Assembly: GCA_964016885.1 (NCBI GenBank)
Contig: OZ024742.1
Location: 244,652,001 to 244,716,000 of the forward strand
Source: Eledone cirrhosa
Lineage: Eukaryota
Reading direction: 5' to 3'
DNA: 64,000 bases
Of the stretch, positions 1-10,790 are shown piece after piece; positions within the stretch are counted from its first letter, which is position 1; each line of letters starts with the position of its first letter. Made by a program: the position numbers and the translations under genes. The notes beneath the pieces were generated by a model. The model was not told where the DNA came from. It worked only from the letters and a program-made list of their open reading frames with translations, and did not search any database.

Positions 1-310
1 GGTTAGACAGAGATTAATAGGGACAGGTGGGTGATGAAGAAGACTAAAGTACTCCTCCAAGCATTCGAGGCAGGCGATTTCTGTGGCGATGTTGTTGCCA
101 TTGGTATCCTTCACCAGAGCTGTCTTGATCCGAGGGCCAGCAAGGTCCCTGCAAAGCATGTTGAAGACCCAGCTGAAGTCATTGTTCTTTGCCACTGCAT
201 CCAGGTGTTCAGCTTCTGCGCAAAACATCTCCCAGTCATTCGTGATGGCCTTGTTGCATATCCAGTTGAGCTGGTGGTACTCATTCATGTCGCCACACAG
301 TTGTCCTTAA
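1..310 (-). mobile_element. Decayed RTE-type LINE fragment (EN-RT linker region)
   Basis: Minus-strand translation ...VKDTNGNNIATEIACLECLEEYFSLLHHP resembles the RTE linker motif KD.NG..L...E.W.EYF..LLN; runs off the window edge. Confidence 0.55.
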
Positions 311-434
311 ACTGGAAATGTCATCGAAATGTTTGCAACAAAGCAAAATCTGCTAAAGGCATCCATGAATTGGATGATGTTTCACTAGCAATAGATTAGG
401 TCAACTACCTACAAATCAGTTCAGTTCAACAGAG

Positions 435-545
435 GCCTCATCAGTTCCATCTGCCAAATTTCACTGAAAAAAGATTTGAGTCAACTTAAGGCTATAATAA
501 AGAAAACTTGCCAAACTGCTGTGCACTGAGATTGAACCTGGAACT
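435..545 (-). mobile_element. tRNA-derived SINE family B, decayed
   Basis: Reverse complement resembles the copy at 10380-10540 (B-box GTTCAATC, ttggcaag, tatagcctt, gtgaaatttggcagatggaact). Confidence 0.55.
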
Positions 546-669
546 CCCCACCCCTTTGTTGCTTTTGCAACTATTGACAGTCGATTGACTTTTGACAAAT
601 CGGACAGAAGAGACACTGTTTCTGTTGGTCTTTCCAATTGCTAATACTATCTATCGGTCGCAACTCCAG

Positions 670-791
670 GTAGAACAGCAATGTGAAATAAAGTGTCTTG
701 CTCAAGGATATAACGCATCACCCGGTCCAGGAATCGAACTCACAACCTCACGATTGTGAATCCAATTCTCTAATCACTCAGCTACACGCCT
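670..791 (-). mobile_element. tRNA-derived SINE family C
   Basis: Reverse complement reads ggcgtgtagctgagtg (A-box) ... gagttcgattcc (B-box) ... ccttgagcaagacact; related head at 1465-1540 (+). Confidence 0.65.
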
Positions 792-959
792 TCACTTTGC
801 AACTACATCTGTAGATATATATTGAAAACTATAGAAAGTGTAATTGAAATATGTTGTTATAAATCAATCCACTGATCTATTTTGAATGAGTTTGTATAGT
901 TAGCTTCGGTTTAATTTAACACCAAATTATGTTTTCTAAAGAAATATTTTCAAAGTTAA

Positions 960-1300
960 ATCATCATCCCCATTACAATTTAATGTCCATTTTCTATGCT
1001 TGCTTGGATTAGATGAGTTGTCATGTTATGAGGTCAAATAAGTCAGGTGAATATATCTTCCTCATACAACTGATCTATTTTTGGCTCAGTTTTCTATGGC
1101 TGGAAGCCCATCCTAATGCCAACAATCTTACAGTGAGTACTGAGAGCTTTTCTCTTGGCCTCACCACTACCACTTTACAAGCTGGACTGGGTACTTTTTG
1201 TCATGGTACCAGCACAACCACCTTATAGGGTGGACTGGGTGCTTTTTGCTGTTGTGGCACCATCACTACCACCATACAGGGTGGACTGGGTGTTTCCTGG
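960..1300 (-). mobile_element. RTE-PHD LINE 3' UTR remnant
   Basis: (cat)n tail, ggctggaagcccatcctaa motif and 48-bp-type units matching the 3' UTR at 28241-28602. Confidence 0.65.
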
Positions 1301-1954
1301 GAGAGCAGGTATGACATGTGTCTGCATAATATTTCACCAAGAAAACTTGTCACATTTTCTTCTTTCCAATTTCATGTTTGACAAAAACTGCAACTATAAA
1401 AAATCGTACATTTGCCTATTTGGATTCAGCATGTTTCTGTGTATCTGAAGCAGATTGTGAAGGTTAATGGCTTAGTGACTAGGGAGTTGGATTCACAAAC
1501 TTACGGTTGTGAGTTCGATTCTTGGGCCAGGTGATGCGTGAATCTATGAGATTTTAATGTTATTTATTTTGAGAACAATACCTTAACATCAATATGAGTG
1601 GCAGGTTACAGCTGGTTTGAACAAAAAGAGGTGAGATAATTCTGGCCGGATACAGCTGGTTTAAATGCTAAGGGTTAAAGATATCTATTGTCCATTTTAA
1701 TTATTCTTCAACTGCCAAAGTCATGTAATTGCTGGAGCAAGTTCTTTGCTTTTCATCCTTTCGGGTCAATAAGATAATGCACCAGTAACACAATGAGGTC
1801 AATTTAATCGACTTTTCCGTTCTCTTCAAATTGCTGGCCTTGAGCCAAATCTAGAAGCAATTATAACTCTTTCAGTAACTTTCATGATTTAATGTTCCCT
1901 AATTATACATTTTACTTCTTCTTCTTCTTGCATATATGAATGTTGCTGTCTCAG

Positions 1955-2044
1955 GGTGTTGTTGTCTGCCTGATCAAGATCAGAGATCAGTGAACAGTGA
2001 AGAGGTCAATAACTTGGGCCCCATACATTTTACTAATTTGTTAG
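1955..2044 (+). CDS. Candidate internal coding exon of an unidentified host gene (CCCLPDQDQRSVNSEEVNNLGPIHFTNLL)
   Basis: Upstream pyrimidine tract, ctcag acceptor, TTAG|GTAGGT donor, 90 nt, open frame, phase 1-1, non-repetitive; no recognised homology. Confidence 0.3.
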
Positions 2045-2120
2045 GTAGGTATTGTTTCAATCTGAATGTCCTGAGAAACATACTTGTCATATTCAGATAT
2101 CATTCACAACATCAAATTAA

Positions 2121-2310
2121 CCCTTTAGCATTTAAACCCGGCCATATCCGGTCAGGATTCTTTCACCTCTTTCTGTTCAAACCAGCCACTCTTACCAATG
2201 TTAAGGTATTGTTCTCAAAAGAAATTATATCAAAATCTCAGATTATGTGAAGTAAAGCCTTTACCATGAAAATACAATAGAAAATATAGAGTAATGTGAA
2301 TGGTAAAGGG
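2121..2310. mobile_element. piggyBac-like MITE
   Basis: TTAA|CCCTTTAGCATTT ... TAAAGGG|TTAA termini; family has about 11 full or partial copies in the window. Confidence 0.8.
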
Positions 2311-2678
2311 TTAATCTACATGCTATCCTGCTGTGTTATGGATCCTTAATTACCTTCTGATACTGGAAAATATTATTTTTAAATATTTGGAATTGTAATG
2401 GAGGATGTTGTTATATTTCCCTGAGGTTTTCCCAATTCCTACAATAAACTCACTTCTCAGTTGACAAGTATGGTATCTGTTGATATGATCTGCACTGGGA
2501 AAGTTTTTTATTGATAGAGCAACATCTGTTGTGACTGTAGAGGCTCACACAGGTGTGACAGTCTCAGTGACAACAACTACATTTGAGGGTCTTTTATGCT
2601 AGTCTAGTCCTGGTGCTATATTTTTGTCATGTGATCTTTCCTTAACCCTTTAGCATTTACATTACTCTATATTTATTA

Positions 2679-4304
2679 CTAGCAGAGGTACCCGGCGTTG
2701 CTCGGGTATTAAATAGCAGTTATGTATACCATTTATGTCAATACTTCAGTGCTGCTTCGAAAACTATACTTTTACAAAATCATCGGCTTTTTCCAAAAGA
2801 GGGTTCCTGCCCCCAGGGGTCCCCTACTCAATATGTGCCAATTCTGAGAGTTCATATTCATCTGTAGAACAAACGTAGTCCATGTGTCAAGTTTTGTGAA
2901 AATCGGTTGCAAACTCCAGAAGTTATGACGTTTTGTTGCATTGTACTGCAGTGCGTCAGTCGACTCCAAGGAATTGCTTAAAGGGGGTTATCTGCCGGGA
3001 GACCCTATAATCAATATCTGGAAAAATGAAAGTGCCCATGACCATCCGGAGTACATAAGTAACCTATGTCTTAAGTTTGGTGAAAATACTGTAGAAATGC
3101 ATAAGGTTTACACACACGTACGTGTGTGTGTGTGTATGTATGTATGTATTTGGGTGTGCGTATGTATATGTATGTCCATCGGCGCATACGTATGTACTGG
3201 CCTAAATCTTCACTATTTACTTTTACTATTTTAAGGCAAAGTTAAAATCACGTTGAGGTTAACTTTGCCTTTCATCCTTACGGAGTCGATAAAATAAAGT
3301 ACCAGTAATGTACTGGGTTGTTGCTGGCCTTGTGCAAAAGTAGAAACAACTATTTTAATAACCTCTGTCATTTTCGTTTACAATTTTATTTACATCATTC
3401 TTAAACTCCGGGGCTGGAAATCATTCGGTTATTTTAAATAGAATATTAGTCTAACAACTCCATTTACACCATAAACTTGGTCTTGTCTTTGCATGAAATT
3501 GTTCTTCTCGGTCCACATAACGACATATTATCCTCGCTTTTTTTCCGTCCATTACCAGGGAACGTCTTCACGTACAGAAAAATATCGTCTTCCTGTTTTC
3601 CTTCGGTTGCAACGTTTCTCGAAATATTTACTTCTGCGTTCACAGATTCAATTTTTTAGTTTCAGAAGATCCCATTAATGTTGAAAGCAGTGATTCTTTG
3701 CTTAAACTTTTTTCTTTCTCAACCCCTCTCCCTTTTTTCTCATACCCTCTCTCTCTCTCTCACACATACCCCTCTCTCTCACTTCCTCTACAGAACGGAG
3801 AACAATAAAGAATGCGCAGATCTCTCTTTCTTTCTCTCTGTTTTTATATATATATGTGTTTGTGTGTGAGAACCAGCGTTCGTCACCATTCTCGCTCTCT
3901 ATCTCTCTCTATCTTATTATCTTGTACCTCTCTCTGTATAACGACCTATCTCCCCCTCTCTCTCTACATCTCCCTTTCTCTCTTTAGATGTATATGTATG
4001 TGTGTGTGTGATATATATATATAGAGAGAGAGTTGCAACATGTATGTACTTTCATAGATTGTTGATGGTAGTAGACAGAGTGAATAAGCGTGTAAGAGAG
4101 AGGGTTACAGCATGTATTTAGTTTTATCGATTTTTTTTCATAGAAGCAGGAAATTTTTGGCAAAAGTTTATTACGTGTTGACCATCGTTGGTAAATTTGG
4201 AGCACATTGGGAAAAAAATCATCGAAATTGGTAGAGAAATGTGGAAATGCATAAAAATCATACACACACACAGACAGACATCTTCCGTTTTATATATATA
4301 GAGA
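2679..4304 (-). mobile_element. Non-autonomous Helitron
   Basis: Minus strand: 5' TC followed by (TA)n and (CTGT)n; 3' hairpin CCCGAGCAACGCCGGG then CTAG; inserted between A and T with no TSD; same ends at 57388-58154. Confidence 0.8.
3235..3349 (+). mobile_element. 5'-truncated SINE family A nested in the Helitron
   Basis: Core gaggttaactttgcctttcatcc...gataaaataaagtaccag; flanked by the direct repeat actattttaa. Confidence 0.8.
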
Positions 4305-4494
4305 TTATATTTTCAGGATAAACACTTAACCTCACATAATATCTTACCTAATGTTCAATCTATGAGATTTTGATATTTATCTTGAGAACAATACCGTAAC
4401 ATGATTATGGTTGGCCAGTTACAGCTGGTTTGAACAGAAAGAGGTGAAAGAGTTCTGGCCAGCTACAGTTGGTTTAAATGCTAAAGAGTTAAGC

Positions 4495-4725
4495 AATGAG
4501 TCTCAGCTGCTTCTCTCCTCTTTTTAAACCCCAGCTCCATTCCAACCTCTAGTGAAAGTGAGCACTCACAATGGCCACTTACCTTTTGATGTTCGGGTAC
4601 ACTGACTTCATATCTTTCTTGCAGACGTCTTTGAAAAGAATTTGCAATTGTTCCCGAGTTCTCTTGCCAGAGACCAACTCTCTGCGCAGCAAGCATTTTG
4701 GGATCCTCCCATTTGACTTGTAGAC
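4495..4725 (-). mobile_element. RTE LINE C-terminal coding fragment
   Basis: Minus translation GRIPKCLLRRELVSGKRTREQLQILFKDVCKKDMK matches the RTE motif GRIPK.LLYGEL..GKR..GRP.LR.KD..K.DMK. Confidence 0.7.
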
Positions 4726-6138
4726 AAATAGTTATGTTATATAAACCTCATACATGACCAACTGTATTATTGCTCAGAAGAACTGTCTCATTCTGTGATA
4801 TCAATTTTGACATCTAGTTATATCACATTCAAAATACATAATGGTTAAACAGTCTGGGTTATATATCTTACTAGACTTACTAGACTAACAAACTATCAGA
4901 TGTCAACATCATAGACTAAACAGTCTCAGTTATATATCTTACATTATAAACTTTATATTCACTATTCTATCAGTGATTATTTTATCCTGTTCACTTAATT
5001 CTTTGACTTTTCTTTCAAAACATAACCAACCCTGTTTTATTATCACACAGAACATCTTTTGATATGGTCTCTTACTATATATACACTTGGAAATGATATA
5101 TAATTGTACCTTGTCTCAAAATATATAGCTGAAGAATAAGTACTTAGCTATATTTGGAAAGTTAATGGCAATGAACTAATGTCCTATCCAGAGAGAAATT
5201 TACTGTCTAATTTTTTTTTCAATTTGTTTTTATGACTTAGTTAAAGAAGTGCAATTTTTTTCATTAATAACAACGGACCATAAGGCTGATATTAAATACC
5301 AGCTTTAATGTCCTTTGTGATTAATGAAAAGATTAAAGCATTCTAATTATTATTGTGTGAATTAATTGAGTGAAAACGATATTCGATACTTGTTACTCCA
5401 GTCATGAATTTGTTACATTTTGTTGCACTAAAATGCACTAAAAAGCCTTCTATAGAATAGTAAAATAACATTGTTTACAATGGGGAAGGGTCTCTGATAG
5501 AAGTGTAACAAGGGAAAATAGCACCTATGACAATGTGCCCCTGCCCATGCAGCAAGCTATATAGTAGTTGTTAGACAATAGGATTGACAGCGCAGTTTAA
5601 ATAAATAAAGGTTTAAAGAGAGTGATCTGTGTAATACTGATCTTTGACAAATATTAAAACCTTATTAAAATATTTGACAAGTCATACTATGAGCTGTGCC
5701 TCTGTGATCATGTAGTTCCCAGCACTGTATTTTTCTCTATGGGCCTAATAATTTATAGAAATCGTTTAATGATCCAGCTACCGTAGTGTTTCTCACCCAT
5801 GATAATCAAAGACAGATCATACATCTGAAGAAGTTTCTTTCTTGACTTTCTGACAATAGCTTATCTGACTTTACTAGAAAGTACTCCTACTCTAGGTAGC
5901 ACCCCCTTTCAAGTGGCGCCCATGGTACGTTCCATGCTTGCCATACCCTAAATACGCCTCTGGTCTCTGATTATTGTAATGTACTGTGCTTCATCAACAT
6001 CTCTTGTGAATCATTGCATTTTTGCAACATTCTATATAATAATCACCGAGAAATTTGTCTAATACCTCCATTTGACTCTTGTAAACCTGGTGATAAATTT
6101 TCATAAAGACATTTCTGTTATTATATTTCTCTAATTCT

Positions 6139-6327
6139 AAGGGTGGTGGATTGGCAGTATCGGCAGAGGGTCTGACGCCATGCTTTGCAGCAAAGAATTA
6201 TGGTCCTTTATGATCTGAGTTCAAATCCTGTCGAGGTTAACTTTGCCTTTCATCCTTACGTGGTCGTTAAGATAAAGTACCAGTAATGTACTGGGTAATT
6301 GCTGGCCTTGTGCCAATAGTAGAAACA
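6139..6327 (+). mobile_element. Full-length tRNA-derived SINE family A
   Basis: A-box ggattggcagtatcgg, B-box gagttcaaatcc, conserved central block; 19-bp TSD attatatttctctaattct (6120-6138 and 6328-6346). Confidence 0.9.
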
Positions 6328-6452
6328 ATTATATTTCTCTAATTCTGTCCATTCTAATTTACTTGGTATAAAACTTCACTTACTACAATATTTATCATTT
6401 TAATAACTTCTACTTGAATTAGTATGTTGTTTTCTTGTTATTTTACCCATAG

Positions 6453-6479
6453 AAATGTATTTGAGTTCAGTTTCTATCA
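6453..6479 (+). CDS. Candidate 27-nt micro-exon
   Basis: Pyrimidine tract ttttcttgttattttacccatag, donor TCA|GTAAGT, length divisible by 3, open in phases 1 and 2. Confidence 0.25.
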
Positions 6480-7037
6480 GTAAGTAAAGAAATTGTAATA
6501 GGTTTTAGTTCTGTATAGTAGTGTTTATCATCCCCTATCAATGGATGAAATTTTCTGAAACCTAATTGAGTATTACTTAGCTTATGAGGTAAAAAAATCA
6601 TATTCTACTAGTTAAATACTACCATTCTGCAAGGCTGCAAAAAAAGAATAAAAAATAAAAAATAAAAAGGTTATTAACCTTTATAGTCAATAAACATATC
6701 AAAGCAAAGAATATCAGCTGGAAGCAATAGAAGTTTAGAAATATAAAGCTACTGCATTCTATGTAAGTTCAAAGAACATTGTTGATTATTTCTTGGTATT
6801 TTGTAATTAAGATTTTTCTCAATTTATTTGGAAGCATACGATACAAAAATATTTTATAGAACACCTGGTGCTTTTACAACCTGTAATGAGGCCCCATCAA
6901 CTCATTGACTGATGATATAGAGTTTCCTTTGATCTGATACAAACAAATCATAAACATCGAAATCTCACTAAAAACATATCATACCACACTAAAAAAAGAC
7001 TATGTTGGATAATGTAGTCCTGAACACACACCATACC

Positions 7038-8540
7038 CAGGGCCAGATTTTCACCTGCTGAGGTCCTAAGCTATATGAAATTTGAGGCCCTTCTCTAAAA
7101 GAATTCTAGTTTTTTTATATTAACGTTAATGATAAAGAATATATATATATATAGAGAGAGAGAGAACTAGTATATTTACCAACACATGCGCACAGATGTA
7201 CATTAATGCTAGCAAATACATAAGTTATGTCATAGTACCTAGGTGGTTCAATGCAGGAGGATGCAGAACAATTATATGAAAGACGTAAAATAAGAACATT
7301 TTAAAAATTAAAAATTAACTTACTTACTAAAATTTTCACTCCAACTAATTAGTTTCTGTAATGGGATAAAGACAGTTACGTAATGTAACTGTCGAGAATT
7401 CATTTAAATTTTCTTATTTTACGTCTTTCATATATATATATATATATATAGGCGCCACGGAAAAAAAGCACCCAGCACTCACTGTAAATGAGATTGGTGT
7501 TAGGAAGGGCATCCAGCTGTAGAAATCAAGCCAGAATCAGTTCCCGTATGAGCAAGACAAAGTCAGCCGACTGGACACTGCCCACAACAGGACAACCCGT
7601 CTAACCCATGCTAGCGTGGAAGAACGGACATAAAACGGTGATGATGATAATATAATACAAGAAGCAAAGAAAATATCAACGATACAAAAAGATTTCCTGT
7701 TGGAAGTTCAGGTTAACACTTGATATAGCAGGAAGAGGGTCTTAATGTTTCAGTCTCTAGTCCTTCATCAGAAGAAAGAATGAGAAATAAGATAGATTGA
7801 AGGGATGGGTGGGGTGGAATTGGAAAAAATGTTTTTAGAGAAAAATGCATCAACAGTTTTCCAAGAGATGGCAACATAAATGGACCTGCTATTTTTCTCT
7901 AAAAACATTTTAAATAAGAGGAAAGCACGAACAGGGGATAATTTCCCTTTCATTAGTTATCTGCTGGAGATCATGGACATTTCTACTCATTAAATGTCTA
8001 GCTCCAGTGCGTCAATAACTAAAGGAAGTTATTGGGGGAAAAGTGAGAGAGAGAAAAAATATAACAGAAGGGAGAAAGAAGAAAAAAAGGGAAAATAATG
8101 GAAAAAAACACAAGAAGCATGTGTAGTAGAAACGGAAAAGAAAGAAAGGCTGTCAACAACAGCTACTGGACTTAAGACCAAGGTTGTGTAGAGGGTGAAA
8201 CAGGGAGCAAAAAAAAACAGGTCTGGCCACCACAAGAGTAGATAAAGAAGAAGCAGAGGCGAGAGAAACAGCAGAAGTAGTGGGCAGCTAGCAGAGTGAA
8301 GGAGATTAAAGTGAGAGGGAGAAAGGGAGAGAAAGAAAGAAAGGAGAAGAGTTAATAGCAACAAAGTAGATAGGGAGAAAGAGAGAACATGTCACAGCAA
8401 AAACTTAATAAATATATATAATTTTTTATGATTTAGTGTTAAAGAATAAAACTAATGATAAAATAAAATTATATTTTTAAAATGAGGTCCCCCAGAGTAT
8501 TAAGGCTTTAAGCTATAGCTTATAGGTAAGTCCAGCACAG
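7038..8540. mobile_element. hAT-like non-autonomous DNA element with nested insertions
   Basis: Degenerate CAGGGCC(A/G)GATT-type TIRs; 8-bp TSD accatacc / accataac; subterminal gagg(t/c)cc-taagctat motifs at both ends. Confidence 0.5.
7450..7650 (+). mobile_element. RTE-PHD LINE 3' UTR remnant
   Basis: aaaagcacccagc...ttaggaagggcatccagc...acccatgctagcgtggaa...(gat)n. Confidence 0.8.
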
Positions 8541-8749
8541 ACCATAACTGAAAAAAATGGCTGGTCAAGGCTAGGATGTCTTTGATTACATACCTACTGT
8601 ACCTGCTGACTTACACTGAACAACAACTATATAAGAAATTATTTTCTGTGCTAGTCTTTTCTATATCCAGATATCCATTTTACATCTTTTTAAAAATTAT
8701 TCCTATCATTACTTCCATTACTTATAAGAACGATGGATTTTCAGAATTG

Positions 8750-9474
8750 GTAGATCGTCGATTTGCACTTAATAGGTTTGATGCTGAGTGCTGCATGGCT
8801 GGAATGAAAATCAGTGCTGCGAAAACTGAGATACTCGTCCTCTCAAGGAAGTCTGCACAGTGCACTCTACATGTGACATGGAGTTCCACTGAAGCAGGTA
8901 GAGAAGTTCAAGTATCTTGTGTTCACAAGTGATGGAAGGAAGGAGGCTGAATTAAGTACAAGAATTTCAGGAGCTGGTGCAGTAATGCACCAGCTTCAAT
9001 ATTTAACAATCAGAAAAAAGGAGGTAGGTGTAAAAGCCAAACTTATAGTTCAGTATTTGTGCCAACCCTTACCTATGGTCATGAATCTTGGGTAATGGCC
9101 GAAAGAATACAATTGCGAATACAAGCGGCCAAAATGGGGTTCCTCCAAAGGGTTTTTGGAGTAATGTTACTAGCTCAGAGATCAGAGAGTTACTCAAGGT
9201 AGAGTTGTTACTTCTCCAAATTGAGAGGCATATGGTTAGAATGTCTCAGAAGAGAAACACTGGACAGATTTTACGTGCAAAACTAGCCAGCAAGAGACCC
9301 AGGGGTAAACGCCGAGCAAGATGGTTGGAAAATATCCATGAGATTGACTGGTCTCACTTGGAGATCCAGCCAGATTAGTTGGAGACGGTTGCTGCTGACA
9401 GGACCCACTGGAAGGAGTATTTGAGGACTCTGTACCCACGACTCTCTCAGGAATAAGTTGACAAAAGAAGAGAA
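8750..9474 (+). mobile_element. Expander/Rex3-like RTE LINE 3' part, frameshifted
   Basis: Motifs GMKISAAKTEILVLSRK, KQVEKFKYL, PTLTYGHESWVMAER, SSEIRELLKVELLLLQIER, KRPRGKRRARW across frames. Confidence 0.8.
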
Positions 9475-9529
9475 GGTAGATTGTCAGATAAAATGCCATT
9501 GTAATGTTCTGTCTCTTCATATTCTGAAA

Positions 9530-9663
9530 ACATATTCTGCTGAGGTCAATTTTGCCTTTCATCTTTCTGGGGTCGATAATATAAAGGACCTGACAAGTAC
9601 AAGGGTTATTTAATCAACTTTGCCCTTTCTCAAATTGCTGGCCTTGGGCTTAAATTAGAAATC
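9530..9663 (+). mobile_element. 5'-truncated SINE family A
   Basis: gaggtcaattttgcctttcatc...aattgctggccttg...ttagaaatc. Confidence 0.75.
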
Positions 9664-9678
9664 ATTATTACTTCTGTT

Positions 9679-9997
9679 CTCTTCTTTTGTCAACTTATTC
9701 CTGAGAGAGTTGTGGGTACAGAGTCCTCAAATACTCCTTCCAGTGGGTCCTGTCAGAAGCAACCATTTCCAACTGATCTGACTGGATCTCCAAGTGAGAC
9801 CAGTCAATCTCATGGATATTTTCCAACCATCTTGCTCGGTGTTTACCCCTGGGTCTCTTGCCGGCTGGTTTTGCATGTAAAATCTGTCCAGTGTTTCTCT
9901 TCTGAGACATTCTAACCATATGCCTCTCAATTTGGAGAAGTAACAGCTCTACCTTGAGTAACTCTCTGATCTCTGAGCTAGTAACATTACTCCAAAA
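9679..9997 (-). repeat. Inverted duplicate of 9155-9474 (RTE 3' end)
   Basis: About 320-bp near-identical reverse complement, differing mostly by transitions. Confidence 0.9.
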
Positions 9998-9998
9998 C

Positions 9999-10186
9999 AG
10001 GGCGGTGGATTGGCAGTATCGGTAGAGAGTCGGACACCATGCTTTGAAGCATAGAGTTACATCCCTTTATAATCTGAGTTCAAATCCCGCCGAGGTTAAC
10101 TTTGCCTTTTATCCTTACGGGGTCAATAAAATAAAGTACCAGTAATGTACTGGGTATTTGCTGGCCTTGTGCCTAAAATAGAAACA
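9999..10186 (+). mobile_element. Full-length SINE family A
   Basis: gggcggtggattggcagtatcgg head, B-box, central block, (att) tail. Confidence 0.9.
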
Positions 10187-10379
10187 ATTATTACTTCTGT
10201 TATTGCTAACACTCTCATTACCACTTCAGTATGTATCAGATGATGAAACCTATCCTACCTTCCTCTCAGCCAAACCTACCCTTGCTCCCAAGCAAAACCT
10301 ATCACCTCTCCCAGGCATAACAATAATTACCACAACTACAGTCACTGATAAATATAATATGAAGACTTTGTCTATGGTG

Positions 10380-10545
10380 GGTGCTGCATGGCTGAATAGT
10401 TAAGAAGTTCACTTCGTAATCATTAGGGCCCAGGTTCAATCCCACTGTGGGGCATCTTGGGCAAATGTCAATTACCATAGCCTTGAGTTGACCCATGCCT
10501 TGTGAGTGGAATTGGGTAGACAGAAACTGTTTGGAAGCCTGTCAA
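10380..10545 (+). mobile_element. tRNA-derived SINE family B
   Basis: tggctgaatagttaag A-box, ggttcaatccc B-box, cttgggcaaatgtc CORE-like block, gccttgtgagtggaattgggtagac. Confidence 0.7.
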
Positions 10546-10599
10546 ATGGACTATATCTGCAATTCAAATGACTGGCCTTGTCATATACTGTCATGCTGA

Positions 10600-10790
10600 A
10601 TCATCATCGTTTTACGTCCATTTTCCACACTAGCATAGGTTAGACGAGTTGTCCTGTTGTGAGACAAGCCAGATCAGGTGACTATGTCTTGCTCATACAG
10701 AACTGATTTTGGCTTGGTTTCTACAGCTGGATGCCCTTCCTAACTCCAACCCCATTTACAGTGAGTGCTGGGTGCACCTTCACAACCACT
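10600..10790 (-). mobile_element. RTE-PHD LINE 3' terminus
   Basis: (cat)n tail and ctacagctggatgcccttcctaac, contiguous with the 48-bp array. Confidence 0.85.

Larger units (their letters stand above)
2646..4488. mobile_element. piggyBac-like MITE split by a Helitron (2646-2678 + 4305-4488)
   Basis: Left TIR TTAACCCTTTAGCATTTAC, right ATGCTAAAGAGTTAA; the halves rejoin to the family consensus seen at 33183-33390. Confidence 0.8.

Noticed and set aside
31-399. 122-aa + strand ORF as a gene
   Set aside because: Antisense shadow of a decayed RTE linker on the minus strand
4481-4725. Minus-strand host exon with an AAG|GTAAGT donor
   Set aside because: Another frame of the same sequence gives a clear RTE C-terminal motif
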